DNA of 64,000 bases from Patescibacteria group bacterium (GTDB lineage: Bacteria > Patescibacteriota > Patescibacteriia > Patescibacteriales > UBA12075): NCBI GenBank assembly GCA_018897195.1, contig JAHILH010000001.1, positions 220,565 through 284,564 of the forward strand, in the 5' to 3' direction. A program made the position numbers and the translations under genes. This document shows positions 1 to 8,473 of the stretch, in pieces. How positions within the stretch are numbered: the stretch's first letter is position 1; each line of letters begins with the position of its first letter. The notes below the pieces were generated by a model. That model searched no databases. It was not told the DNA's origin and was given only the letters and a program-made list of their open reading frames with translations.

Positions 1-122
1 TTGATAAATAAATATAGCCAATAAATAAAAAATAGCAAGCTACCGATTAGATATGTGTATTTATAAGCAATCATATTTTTTTGTCATATCGAACGAAGTG
101 AGATATCGCTTCGACTTTATTA

Positions 123-1241
123 TTACAACAAACCATCTTTAAGCGATTTCTCCGCTTCGCTACGAAATGACAAATAAAAATCCTCAGGTATATTCAATTC
201 CTTGGCTGAATATTTTTTTAAAACGTTTTCGATGTAACTATAAATCGGAACATGAACAGATCCGCCTAGTCCACAAAGAGATGATTCTTTGGTGCTGTTT
301 AAAATTACAAAAAACAAAGACCAGTCAATTTCTTTTCTTTTTAAAAATTCATTCAGGCGGTAAGTGCCTTCGCGACATGGCACACATTGTCCGCATGATT
401 CCCGAAAAAAGAAATTAACCCATTGTTTTAATAACTTCATGGGTTCATGTTTTATTAAGCTATGAACTGTTATTGATGCCGAGCCACTGGCTATTCTATT
501 CAATTGACTGCTGTTTAGGATCTCACCACTAGCATCGCCACCAACCTGGACAAAGAAATCGTATTTATGACCATTTTTATCTAAATCAAGCAGATGTTTA
601 TTGACCTCGATTAAAACCTGGTTGATGGTCCAATCGGCTGGAAAAGAAAAAACACCTTTATTGCGGACGTCACCATTGATAGTGTAAAAGCGCTTTCCCT
701 TGTATTGATTATGCATAACCAGGCTAATGTCGTAAAAAGTTTCAACGTTATTAACTAGTGTCGGACAGTCCCACAGACCGTTTGTAACCGGAAAAGGCGG
801 TCGAAGTCGTGGTTCAGCCACCTTGCCTTCCATGATATTCAAGAGAGCTGACTCTTCGCCACCAATATAGCCAGCTTTTTCTGGTTTGTGAAAAATCTCG
901 ATGTCGTCGTTATGAATTATCGTACGCAAAACTTGTCCAAACTTGCGATACAAACGCGTATTTAGATATAAATAACCTTTGACAGTAATTCGTTTGCCTT
1001 TCTGGCTGTATTTGAGATAAGTCATCGCAGTGCGCACACCATCAACAACTCTCTCGGGATAATTTTCGAGGATGTATTCATCCTTATGAACACCAGGCTC
1101 CCCTTCACTCCCATTGCAAATCACATATTTTTGAGATCCTTCCGCTAAATCCACCATCTCAATCTTTTTCCAAGTCGGAAAACCAGCCCCGCCACGGCCG
1201 GTTATATTTGCCTCCTTAATTTTATTCAATGCCTCCTTCAC
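123..1241 (-). CDS. NuoF-like NADH dehydrogenase flavoprotein (complex I 51-kDa subunit family), stand-alone
   Basis: 372-aa ORF with a GRGGAGFPTWKK FMN/NADH-site motif, GSEGEPG, and SCGQCVPCREG plus SLCGLG Fe-S cysteines. The start codon is GTG (cac at 1239-1241). No nuoE or nuoG neighbours. Confidence 0.8.
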   Translation of the reverse strand: MKEALNKIKEANITGRGGAGFPTWKKIEMVDLAEGSQKYVICNGSEGEPGVHKDEYILENYPERVVDGVRTAMTYLKYSQKGKRITVKGYLYLNTRLYRKFGQVLRTIIHNDDIEIFHKPEKAGYIGGEESALLNIMEGKVAEPRLRPPFPVTNGLWDCPTLVNNVETFYDISLVMHNQYKGKRFYTINGDVRNKGVFSFPADWTINQVLIEVNKHLLDLDKNGHKYDFFVQVGGDASGEILNSSQLNRIASGSASITVHSLIKHEPMKLLKQWVNFFFRESCGQCVPCREGTYRLNEFLKRKEIDWSLFFVILNSTKESSLCGLGGSVHVPIYSYIENVLKKYSAKELNIPEDFYLSFRSEAEKSLKDGLL

Positions 1242-1254
1242 AAAATAAATTTTC

Positions 1255-1367
1255 GAATTTTCAAATTTCCAATTTTCGAAACAATTTTCAATAACTTAAT
1301 TTTCAAACAAAACATTAATAAAATTAATTCCTTGTTTTGAAAATTGAAAATTGGAAATTGAAAATTC
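1255..1367. repeat. Long AT-rich inverted repeat (potential ~110-nt hairpin) between gap and the nuoF-like gene
   Basis: gaattttcaaatttccaattttc (1255-1277) is the reverse complement of gaaaattggaaattgaaaattc (1346-1367) apart from a one-base indel. Further inner pairing ttttcaaac / gttttgaaaa. Confidence 0.6.
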
Positions 1368-1393
1368 TTTATAGTACTACTAAAATTAAAATA

Positions 1394-2410
1394 CTAGAGC
1401 CCCTTCTTTTGCATATACTCAACTAAGTCAACTAACCTGTTGGAATAACCCCACTCATTATCATACCAAGCCACAACTTTCAACATATTACCACCAACAA
1501 CCTTAGTCAATTTCGCATCGACAATAGAAGATGCCGGATTGCCAATGAAATCAGAAGAAACCAATTCTTCATCAGTCACTTCCAAGATTCCACCCAAGCG
1601 GGCTGTCTTGCTCGCTTTCTTCAAAGCCGCATTCACCGTCTTCTCATCAACTTTTTTCTTGGTCAAAAATACAATATCACTAACAGACACAACCGGAGTC
1701 GGCACGCGCATTGAGAAGCCATCAAACTTGCCAGCGATTCCCGGAATCACCTCACCAGTTGCAATCGCAGCCCCAGTAGTCGTCGGCACCATATTCATCC
1801 CCGCCGCGCGCGATCGACGCAAATCCTTATGCGGACCGTCAACTAGATTCTGATCAGCAGTATAAGAATGTATCGTAGTCATCATCGCCTTCTCAACACC
1901 AAATTCTTTCTTAATAACCGCCACAACTGGCGCCAAACAATTGGTAGTGCAAGAAGCATTAGAAATCACGCTATCTTTTTTGGTTAATTTATCTTCATTA
2001 ACACCCAAAACAATAGTTTTAATACCCTTGCCCTGTGCCGGAGCTGAAATAATAACTTTTTTCGCACCTGCCTTCAAATGAAGACCAGCACTTTCTTTAG
2101 ATCGAAATCGACCAGTAGATTCAATAACCACATCAACATTCATCTTACCCCAAGGCAATTTTTCCGGTTCCTTTTCAGCGAACACTTTATACTTCACACC
2201 ATTAACCAACAATCCATCCGCAACCGCCTTCACCTCACCATCAAAATCACCATAACAAGTGTCATGAAGCAACAAGTGCGCCAAAGTATTGATGTCAGTC
2301 AAATCATTGATAGCCACCACATTAATATTACCCCCCTTCAACAAAAAAGCCTTAAAAACAGCTCTTCCAATTCGGCCAAAACCATTAATGGCCACATTTA
2401 CTTTTTTCAT
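1394..2410 (-). CDS. gap: Type I glyceraldehyde-3-phosphate dehydrogenase
   Basis: 338 aa. NGFGRIGR Rossmann motif and SNASCTTNCLAP catalytic-cysteine motif, with full-length GAPDH collinearity. Confidence 0.95.
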   Translation of the reverse strand: MKKVNVAINGFGRIGRAVFKAFLLKGGNINVVAINDLTDINTLAHLLLHDTCYGDFDGEVKAVADGLLVNGVKYKVFAEKEPEKLPWGKMNVDVVIESTGRFRSKESAGLHLKAGAKKVIISAPAQGKGIKTIVLGVNEDKLTKKDSVISNASCTTNCLAPVVAVIKKEFGVEKAMMTTIHSYTADQNLVDGPHKDLRRSRAAGMNMVPTTTGAAIATGEVIPGIAGKFDGFSMRVPTPVVSVSDIVFLTKKKVDEKTVNAALKKASKTARLGGILEVTDEELVSSDFIGNPASSIVDAKLTKVVGGNMLKVVAWYDNEWGYSNRLVDLVEYMQKKGL

Positions 2411-2564
2411 AGATATTAGGGATTTATAGTTTTACACAGCAAACATATATATCCGATTAAGTTTATAATTCTGGTTAAATTATAGCATAATTTATTAAAA
2501 AACAAAAAACTGGGTTATTTAATCCAGTTTAAACATGATAAATTTAAGAAAAACGTAATTTATT

Positions 2565-2828
2565 TTATGGGCAGGTATAATATTCGATAACTTGTTGGAC
2601 ATACACTTCACACCCTCCAATAAAAGACGGTGAATTTCCACCACAGGATGTTGCTTCATTTTTTTTCGCCCACTCATACCCCGCGAAGTGCCCTGTTCCA
2701 TCCCTATATGGATTTTTTGGATAGTAGCATACCGTGCAATTACCTTCTTCACAATAAGTTATATCCTTCGTCTTTGAGCATCCTGCGAGCATTGTGACCA
2801 AAATAATTATTATAAAAAAATTTTTCAT
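2565..2828 (-). CDS. Small cysteine-rich lipoprotein, unknown function
   Basis: The track ORF is 2565..2879. The likely true start is MKNFF at 2828, because 2841-2874 is a perfect hairpin. Lipobox LAGC after a hydrophobic signal. Eight Cys, with a GYEWAKKN...CGGNSPSFIGGC motif. Confidence 0.6.
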   Translation of the reverse strand: MKNFFIIIILVTMLAGCSKTKDITYCEEGNCTVCYYPKNPYRDGTGHFAGYEWAKKNEATSCGGNSPSFIGGCEVYVQQVIEYYTCP

Positions 2829-2840
2829 AAAATGATTTGC

Positions 2841-2874
2841 ACCGCTAGAGTCTCCCAAATGAGACTCTAGCGGT
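2841..2874. repeat. Perfect 14-bp-stem hairpin (accgctagagtctc / gagactctagcggt, 6-nt loop)
   Basis: Read directly: 2841-2854 pairs perfectly with 2861-2874. It lies 110 nt downstream of the OLD gene stop and 13 nt upstream of the lipoprotein start codon. No clean T-run follows it on the minus strand. Confidence 0.7.
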
Positions 2875-2984
2875 ACCAAAAGGAAGAGAGGTTTTAATAT
2901 TTTAGATTAAGAGACTTTTATGTGTTAAAATTCCAATTTGCGAGATACTTCTGAGGCAAAGATTTGAACCCCTATTACCTGAAA

Positions 2985-4817
2985 TTAGTTGCTTAATTTT
3001 TTTTCAATTTCCTCGAATAATTTTTGGATATTATCATTTGTAGTTTTATCCAATTCAACGTCCGTACCATTTTGGCAACATTCCAGAAAATTCTTAGCAA
3101 GCAAAACTTTATCTTGTTTTGTGGTTTTGACATACTCTGAATTTGCCCCCGTGTAGATATTATTCTCATCACCAAGAACATATTTTTTAAAGTCTGTTGG
3201 CGAAAAAATATCTTCAACACTTCCTGTCTTGCTTATAATTGTGAGGATTACATCTTTTGTTATTAGCCAGTTATTTATAAGATTTTTTTCGCCATCTTTT
3301 TTACCCTTGTCATTGTCATAAAGATAAACAACCTTTCCGCCCCATCCATGTATAATGGTGCCAACAATTGGCATATTTCCGGAGCCACCACCAAAAATAA
3401 AGTTCACACTATTATTTTTAAAAATTTTTTTGAAAGCGTTTAGATAATAAACATCCGAAGGACCTTCAACTACAACGTTGTTTACTTTATCTAGCGCAGA
3501 TATTCCAGCATTTAACTCTAACCCAATAGCCGTTAAAATTGGCGTCAAAGTTTCTTTATCCGCTAAAGCGTGAATTTTATTTTCAATATGTGTTCCTAGT
3601 TCATTGGTGCGGTGGACCAATCGTACCCTGTTCAACTTCTCAGCTTCCAATAAATATGGGGAATGTGTGGAAAAAATTAACTGAACCTCTTGTGCAGAAG
3701 CTTCAAGTTTGCCTAAAATATCTTCTTGCGCCTTGGCGTGTAAAAATAATCCTGGCTCGTCAATTAAAATAATATTTGGTACGTTTTCATTTGCCCTAGC
3801 TGAAACTTTTATATAAAATGCAAGATGCCATTGTCGCCCCTTACTTCGCAGAGTTGGCTCATAAGGGTAGCCATCCTCCTTTATCCAAAAGTAGAGATTT
3901 TCTGAATCCCAAGTGATGCTTAAATTTGAAATATCCTGCGTCCAAAATTTCTCGAAATCATTATTAAGCTTAATGTTTATGTCATCTTTGTGTTTTTCTT
4001 TTACTCTTGCGTCAGCACCCTTTATTGTGGTTATTTTTAAATCGCTAATAATTGACAAATCTTTAATCCATTCGCTACTCTCTAATTCTGTAAATGGAAT
4101 TTTGTTTGGAAATATATCTTCAAATGAATTAAACAGAATAAAATTTGGTATATATTTTTTTAACTCTTCTAAAAAATTTATTTCGTAGGACAAATTTTTC
4201 TCAAGATCATTTATCTCTGTTTCTATTTCTGTCAGTAGTTCTAAAAAATTATCGCGGTCATTTTCGTCAATATGAGATATGTTTGGCGCAGCGGCCTCCT
4301 TGAAGCTAATAAAGAGTGTTTTTTCGTTAGTAAAATTTAAAAATTCAAAATCAAACAAATCACCACCTAGTGCCTCATAGCCCAAGCGGATTGTTTTTAT
4401 CTTGCTCCATTTATCCATTATTGTTTTTTTAGTTTTCTCTATTTCTTCGTGGCTAAAAATTTCTTTTTGCGAGGTGCATTGACCAAAAGAATAGTTATCT
4501 GGGAAAGTTTTTATTAATTCAATTTCAACATCACTTGCAACCTTGAGCGGATTTTTTATTTCCTGAAGAATTTCATTGATGTCATTTTTTTCTATTATAA
4601 AAGAGATTGAAATTTCTGGCGTGCTGTCTGGAGATTTTATTGGTTTCGCAGATTCTCTTATTTTATTATTTGTGTCAAAATCCTCTAATGCTTCAAGAAT
4701 AGTCGTTTTACCAGATTCATTTTTTCCTGCGAGAATAGTAATCGTATCTGTTAAGTAACAATCACCGCTATCAGTAATGGACTTGAAATTTTTAATTCTA
4801 AATTTTTTTAACATCAT
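2985..4817 (-). CDS. OLD-family ATP-dependent nuclease (ABC-type ATPase plus C-terminal Toprim), stand-alone class-1-like
   Basis: 610 aa. N-terminal FRIKNFKSI...GKNESGKTT Walker A, a long coiled-coil insertion, ILIDEPGLFLH Walker B and FSTHSP H-loop. C-terminal Toprim with VVVEGPSD (Glu) and YDNDKGKKD (DxD). No adjacent helicase. Confidence 0.8.
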   Translation of the reverse strand: MMLKKFRIKNFKSITDSGDCYLTDTITILAGKNESGKTTILEALEDFDTNNKIRESAKPIKSPDSTPEISISFIIEKNDINEILQEIKNPLKVASDVEIELIKTFPDNYSFGQCTSQKEIFSHEEIEKTKKTIMDKWSKIKTIRLGYEALGGDLFDFEFLNFTNEKTLFISFKEAAAPNISHIDENDRDNFLELLTEIETEINDLEKNLSYEINFLEELKKYIPNFILFNSFEDIFPNKIPFTELESSEWIKDLSIISDLKITTIKGADARVKEKHKDDINIKLNNDFEKFWTQDISNLSITWDSENLYFWIKEDGYPYEPTLRSKGRQWHLAFYIKVSARANENVPNIILIDEPGLFLHAKAQEDILGKLEASAQEVQLIFSTHSPYLLEAEKLNRVRLVHRTNELGTHIENKIHALADKETLTPILTAIGLELNAGISALDKVNNVVVEGPSDVYYLNAFKKIFKNNSVNFIFGGGSGNMPIVGTIIHGWGGKVVYLYDNDKGKKDGEKNLINNWLITKDVILTIISKTGSVEDIFSPTDFKKYVLGDENNIYTGANSEYVKTTKQDKVLLAKNFLECCQNGTDVELDKTTNDNIQKLFEEIEKKLSN

Positions 4818-4995
4818 AGAGCTTGTGTTAATTTTTTTATAATTAAGTAAAAAAACGGGTCATATCCAATTGTTTATAAATAGTGAAATTATAACAATAG
4901 TATATATTAATAACTTTACATTAGCAATAAAATTACCGTTATGCAAGAAATGGTGGCAAAAATTGTAAAAATGCCAATTTTCGGATAAGCGAAAA

Positions 4996-5029
4996 CAAAA
5001 AAAATAGAGACACATTACTGCGTCTCTAT
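4996..5029 (-). terminator. Rho-independent terminator after the sigma4/HARE-HTH gene
   Basis: On the minus strand, stem atagagac/gtctctat (5004-5011 / 5022-5029) is followed by a T8 run (A-run 4996-5004 on plus). Confidence 0.75.
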
Positions 5030-5047
5030 TTCTATATAAAATGTATA

Positions 5048-6343
5048 TTACTTCTTCAAAGCGTAACCGTTATCAACTCTTTCAAACTTATCTCGATTCA
5101 TCAAAGCTAGAATAATTGTAGCCTTTTTGACGATTCTTTTCTCCAGAACTCTATCAATAATCTCATCACGGGTCAAAGGTGATTCTTTTTCAAGAACTTC
5201 TTCAATCACGTCTATAACATTTCCTTTCTTAAATCCCCAATCTTTCAGTCCGTACAAGCCACGGCCTACTAAAACGTATTTCTTATCCAATATCAATTCA
5301 TTATGAACTGTCGCTGCATTTGCTGACTTAAAATCAAATTTAATTTCATTGATAATATCGGCAATCTTAGAAAAATGGATTGGTTCTTTATAATTTTTCA
5401 AAACTAAGTAAATCTTATCATTGATAGTCTTTGGCTTAATTTCTCTCCAGTTGTGAACACCCCAATGACCAAATTCATTTTGGGCAATTTTTCGAGATGA
5501 TCTCAAAACTGAATATAAAACTTTGTTGTTGTTAATTATGTCATGTGACTCTTTAAAAAACCTAGACTTCAGAACCTTGGCAGTATTCAAACTGTTTTCC
5601 CTTTTCAATTTTTCTTCGTGTTCTTTAAATTTCTCTAAGCTTTTTGTTAAGTCAATCAAATCATCAGTATTGTGTACCTTTTCAGATTCAGCAATCTTGT
5701 TGTGAATTTCTTCAGCTAATTCCTCAAGATAATTAATCTTTTGGTATTTTAATTTGTATAATTCTTTGAAATGTTTGGAATTCAAAACTTCCTCAAACTC
5801 TTGGTGTAGTAATTTGGTAATCAAGAAATTGATATAGTTCTTGTGAATTTCTTCATCAGCAATATCAAGATTGATAGATGATAATGAATAACCCACTAAA
5901 ACCTCCATCAAAAACTCTTTTTCCATCATACCACCATGTTCCTCTAACAATTGGAAAATGATTTTTTTCAAACTGGAAATATAATTATCCAAGTTTTTTA
6001 AACTCTGCAATCTTTTGATACTAGATGTTTCGATCTGTCTAATTCTCTCACGAGTTAAATTATGAACAGTACCGATCTTTTCTAGAGTTTCTTTTTCGGC
6101 ATTACGAAGACCGTAACGTCGCAACAACACATCCCTCTCCCTTTCAGAAAGTTCTTTGAACAGATTGTTGATAATCTCAATTGTATCTAGATTGTCGATA
6201 ACCTCAGCTTTTTGCTTGTCGATTATTTGATCTAGGATAGATAATCCTTCCATATATTTTTGCATTCTCAAGGCACGGGGAGCTTGCAAAGTTAAATAAA
6301 TAAAATAAAAAATTTCAAAATGTAAGAGTTGACTTTTAAACAA
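5048..6343 (-). CDS. Sigma-70 region-4 domain protein with coiled-coil linker and C-terminal HARE-HTH / winged-helix modules
   Basis: RDVLLRRYGL...[29 protein letters not shown] is sigma region 4. C-terminal HFSKIADIINE...YVLVGRGLYGLKDWG resembles the RNAP delta (RpoE) N-terminal HARE-HTH. The first ~26 codons look non-coding, so the likely start is at 6265 (MQKYMEG) or 6253. Confidence 0.65.
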   Translation of the reverse strand: MFKSQLLHFEIFYFIYLTLQAPRALRMQKYMEGLSILDQIIDKQKAEVIDNLDTIEIINNLFKELSERERDVLLRRYGLRNAEKETLEKIGTVHNLTRERIRQIETSSIKRLQSLKNLDNYISSLKKIIFQLLEEHGGMMEKEFLMEVLVGYSLSSINLDIADEEIHKNYINFLITKLLHQEFEEVLNSKHFKELYKLKYQKINYLEELAEEIHNKIAESEKVHNTDDLIDLTKSLEKFKEHEEKLKRENSLNTAKVLKSRFFKESHDIINNNKVLYSVLRSSRKIAQNEFGHWGVHNWREIKPKTINDKIYLVLKNYKEPIHFSKIADIINEIKFDFKSANAATVHNELILDKKYVLVGRGLYGLKDWGFKKGNVIDVIEEVLEKESPLTRDEIIDRVLEKRIVKKATIILALMNRDKFERVDNGYALKK

Positions 6344-6361
6344 CTTTCATAAGTTTCCAAT

Positions 6362-6390
6362 AATATAGCATAAAATTTTGGATTAGTCAA
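6362..6390 (-). promoter_or_regulatory. Candidate sigma-70-type promoter for the sigma4/HARE-HTH gene
   Basis: Minus strand reads TTGACT (6385-6390), 17 nt, TATATT (6362-6367). Confidence 0.35.
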
Positions 6391-6458
6391 GTGTATTTAG
6401 CTCATTTTGCCAGCTAAACAAATTTGGCGAAAAATAAGCTAATTTTAGCAATAAATTT

Positions 6459-7394
6459 TTAGAATCCAAGGTACTGAATTTCCTCATGCAATTGAATTTT
6501 GTATTTGTCGCGAACTTTTTGTTTGACAAAACTAATCAAGGTTATTACATCTTTGGCGCTTGCATCACCAGTGTTGACGATGAAATTGGCGTGCTCTAGG
6601 CTAATTTTGGCACCGCCAATCTTCTTGCCACGTAAATCAAGCTGATCAATCACCCATCCGGCGGCAATTTTGTTATTTTTAATTATGCCCTTCTCCGTGG
6701 CAGTCTCGTATAGGTCTATATTCTCTGCCTTGATAAAATCAGCGTCAAAGTTTTTAAAAACAGAACCGGCGCTAGGTAGTCTTGGCTGTGTCTTGCCTCG
6801 GTGTTCAATATATTTGCCAACTAATTCCTGTATCTCACCTTGTTCGCCCTTTTTTAATTTTAAAAATATTTTCCAGATAATATATTTTCTTTCCTCTTCC
6901 TTGAAGATGCTATCACGATAGGCAAATAGACAATCTTTACTGCTTAATATCTCCATTTTATTTTTTTCTAGGTTAAAAACTTCTACTATTTCTACAGTAT
7001 CAGCAATTTGTCCGCCAAAAGCACCGGCATTGCCGCGAACGGCGCCTCCAATTGAACCCGGAATACCAGCCGCCCACTCTAGGCCAGACAAGGATTCTTT
7101 GGTGGCCATAGTCACAGCTTTGGAAAGGCTAGCGCCAGCTCCACATTCCAATCTGTCACCGCGCATAATTAAATCATTATTTTGCAGGCGAATAACTACT
7201 CCATCAAAAACGTCATCATTAAATAAAACATTGCTACCACCTGCCAAGATTAACCATTTTAATTTTTCCGCCTCAATCCAGGCAAAAACATCTTTTAATT
7301 CCGTATCGTCGCCCACCTCAACATAAAAACGAGCAATGCCACCGATTTTAAAAGTAGTGTAATTATTTAATTTTATATTTTCTTGAATGTTCAT
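6459..7394 (-). CDS. murB: UDP-N-acetylenolpyruvoylglucosamine reductase
   Basis: 311 aa. N-terminal NYTTFKIGG, FAD-binding GGGSN-like (AGGSNVLF) motif and full MurB collinearity. Confidence 0.9.
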   Translation of the reverse strand: MNIQENIKLNNYTTFKIGGIARFYVEVGDDTELKDVFAWIEAEKLKWLILAGGSNVLFNDDVFDGVVIRLQNNDLIMRGDRLECGAGASLSKAVTMATKESLSGLEWAAGIPGSIGGAVRGNAGAFGGQIADTVEIVEVFNLEKNKMEILSSKDCLFAYRDSIFKEEERKYIIWKIFLKLKKGEQGEIQELVGKYIEHRGKTQPRLPSAGSVFKNFDADFIKAENIDLYETATEKGIIKNNKIAAGWVIDQLDLRGKKIGGAKISLEHANFIVNTGDASAKDVITLISFVKQKVRDKYKIQLHEEIQYLGF

Positions 7395-7410
7395 AATGTT
7401 ATTTTTTCTC

Positions 7411-7581
7411 CGTCATCCCCGCGAAGGCGGGGATCCAGGTACCTAGTATCTTATTTTCAGTATAAGGATAATTAAAATTTAAAATGTATTTATTATTATC
7501 AATATTTTTATTAAGACGAGTTTCTATAGTTATGTACCCAAGGTCAGTGGCGCCTGGATCCCCGCCTTCGCGGGGATGACG
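7411..7581. mobile_element. MITE-like non-coding element, copy 1 (171 bp, 29-bp perfect terminal inverted repeats)
   Basis: cgtcatccccgcgaaggcggggatccagg (7411-7439) is the exact reverse complement of 7553-7581. Each arm holds a local hairpin ccccgc-gaag-gcgggg. It is homologous along its whole length to 43989-44160. Confidence 0.75.
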
Positions 7582-7590
7582 CCATTGGTG

Positions 7591-8142
7591 TCATTTTCTA
7601 AAACTGAACTCACAGCCACAATATGTTTGTCTGTATAAATTTAATTCCTTGGTAAGCTGGCATGATTTTTTAAAACCATCACCCTTTTTAAAATCTTCCT
7701 CTAAATATTTAATGCCGTATTTATTAGCCAACTCTAAACCTATACGATTGATGCGCTCAGCGTCTTTGTGTGGACTAGTGGTTAGTGTTGTCCCAAAATA
7801 ATCAAAGCCCAACTCTTTTGCCTTTTGTGCTACCGCCTCTAGACGATCATGGTAACAAACGGTACAGCGCTTCCCCTTCTCTGGCTCTTTTTCTAATCCC
7901 TTTACCATTTCCAACCATGTTGTATGATCATAATCAGCGATAATCATTTCATATTTATATTTTTCCGCAATTCGCTTCGCCTCCTCTAGGCGTTTGTCAT
8001 ATTCGGCGCTTGGCCAAATATTTGGATTGTAAAAATATAAAACAATTTGCGCAAAATCATTTTTCAAAACGTCAATTATGTAGGCACCGCAGCCCACACA
8101 GCAAATCTGCATTAATATTCTAGGCTTTTCTGGTTCGGGCAT
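7591..8142 (-). CDS. queH: Epoxyqueuosine reductase QueH (DUF208)
   Basis: 183 aa. N-terminal ICCVGCGAY cysteine motif and C-terminal YRQTYCGCEFS motif, both typical of QueH. Confidence 0.8.
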   Translation of the reverse strand: MPEPEKPRILMQICCVGCGAYIIDVLKNDFAQIVLYFYNPNIWPSAEYDKRLEEAKRIAEKYKYEMIIADYDHTTWLEMVKGLEKEPEKGKRCTVCYHDRLEAVAQKAKELGFDYFGTTLTTSPHKDAERINRIGLELANKYGIKYLEEDFKKGDGFKKSCQLTKELNLYRQTYCGCEFSFRK

Positions 8143-8473
8143 AAAAATAAATTACAAAGAATAAAGAACCGGTGGCCCCGGCGTAAAAATCATATAAAGA
8201 AACTGACCTTGTGGGTAAAAATGATTGCACGACTTCACCAAGCGCGGCATATAAAAAACCTAGCGCGATGCTGATAAAATAAATGACGCGGTTTTTATAT
8301 TCATCTATGAACGCATAAATTAATAAAAAAGAAAAAACACCAAACATTAGAAAGTGCGCTATCTTGTCGATTCCGATGTAATTATCAACAATGTCGCTCG
8401 TAATCGGCGCCATTGGTATTGTTAATAATAAAAAGACGAAAATCGTCCATATGATAAGGAGGTGTTTCTTCAT
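8120..8473 (-). CDS. VanZ-like membrane protein
   Basis: 117 aa with 4 TM segments and a DKIAHFLMFGVFSFL motif. Overlaps the queH start by 23 nt. Confidence 0.6.
   Translation of the reverse strand: MKKHLLIIWTIFVFLLLTIPMAPITSDIVDNYIGIDKIAHFLMFGVFSFLLIYAFIDEYKNRVIYFISIALGFLYAALGEVVQSFLPTRSVSLYDFYAGATGSLFFVIYFYARTRKA

Noticed and set aside
2930-2984. Possible tRNA fragment or att site downstream of the OLD gene (ggcaaagatttgaacccct resembles a T-arm region)
   Set aside because: The flanks of the atttgaa loop do not pair (caaag vs cccct), so no T-arm or acceptor stem can be formed. No matching direct repeat was found on the other side of the OLD gene.
6266-6343. N-terminal 26 codons of the 431-aa track ORF (MFKSQLLHFEIFYFIYLTLQAPRALR)
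   Set aside because: The peptide is hydrophobic and implausible, and it lies immediately downstream of the candidate promoter. It is more likely 5' UTR, with the real start at 6265 or 6253. This is not proven, so the feature keeps the full ORF coordinates.
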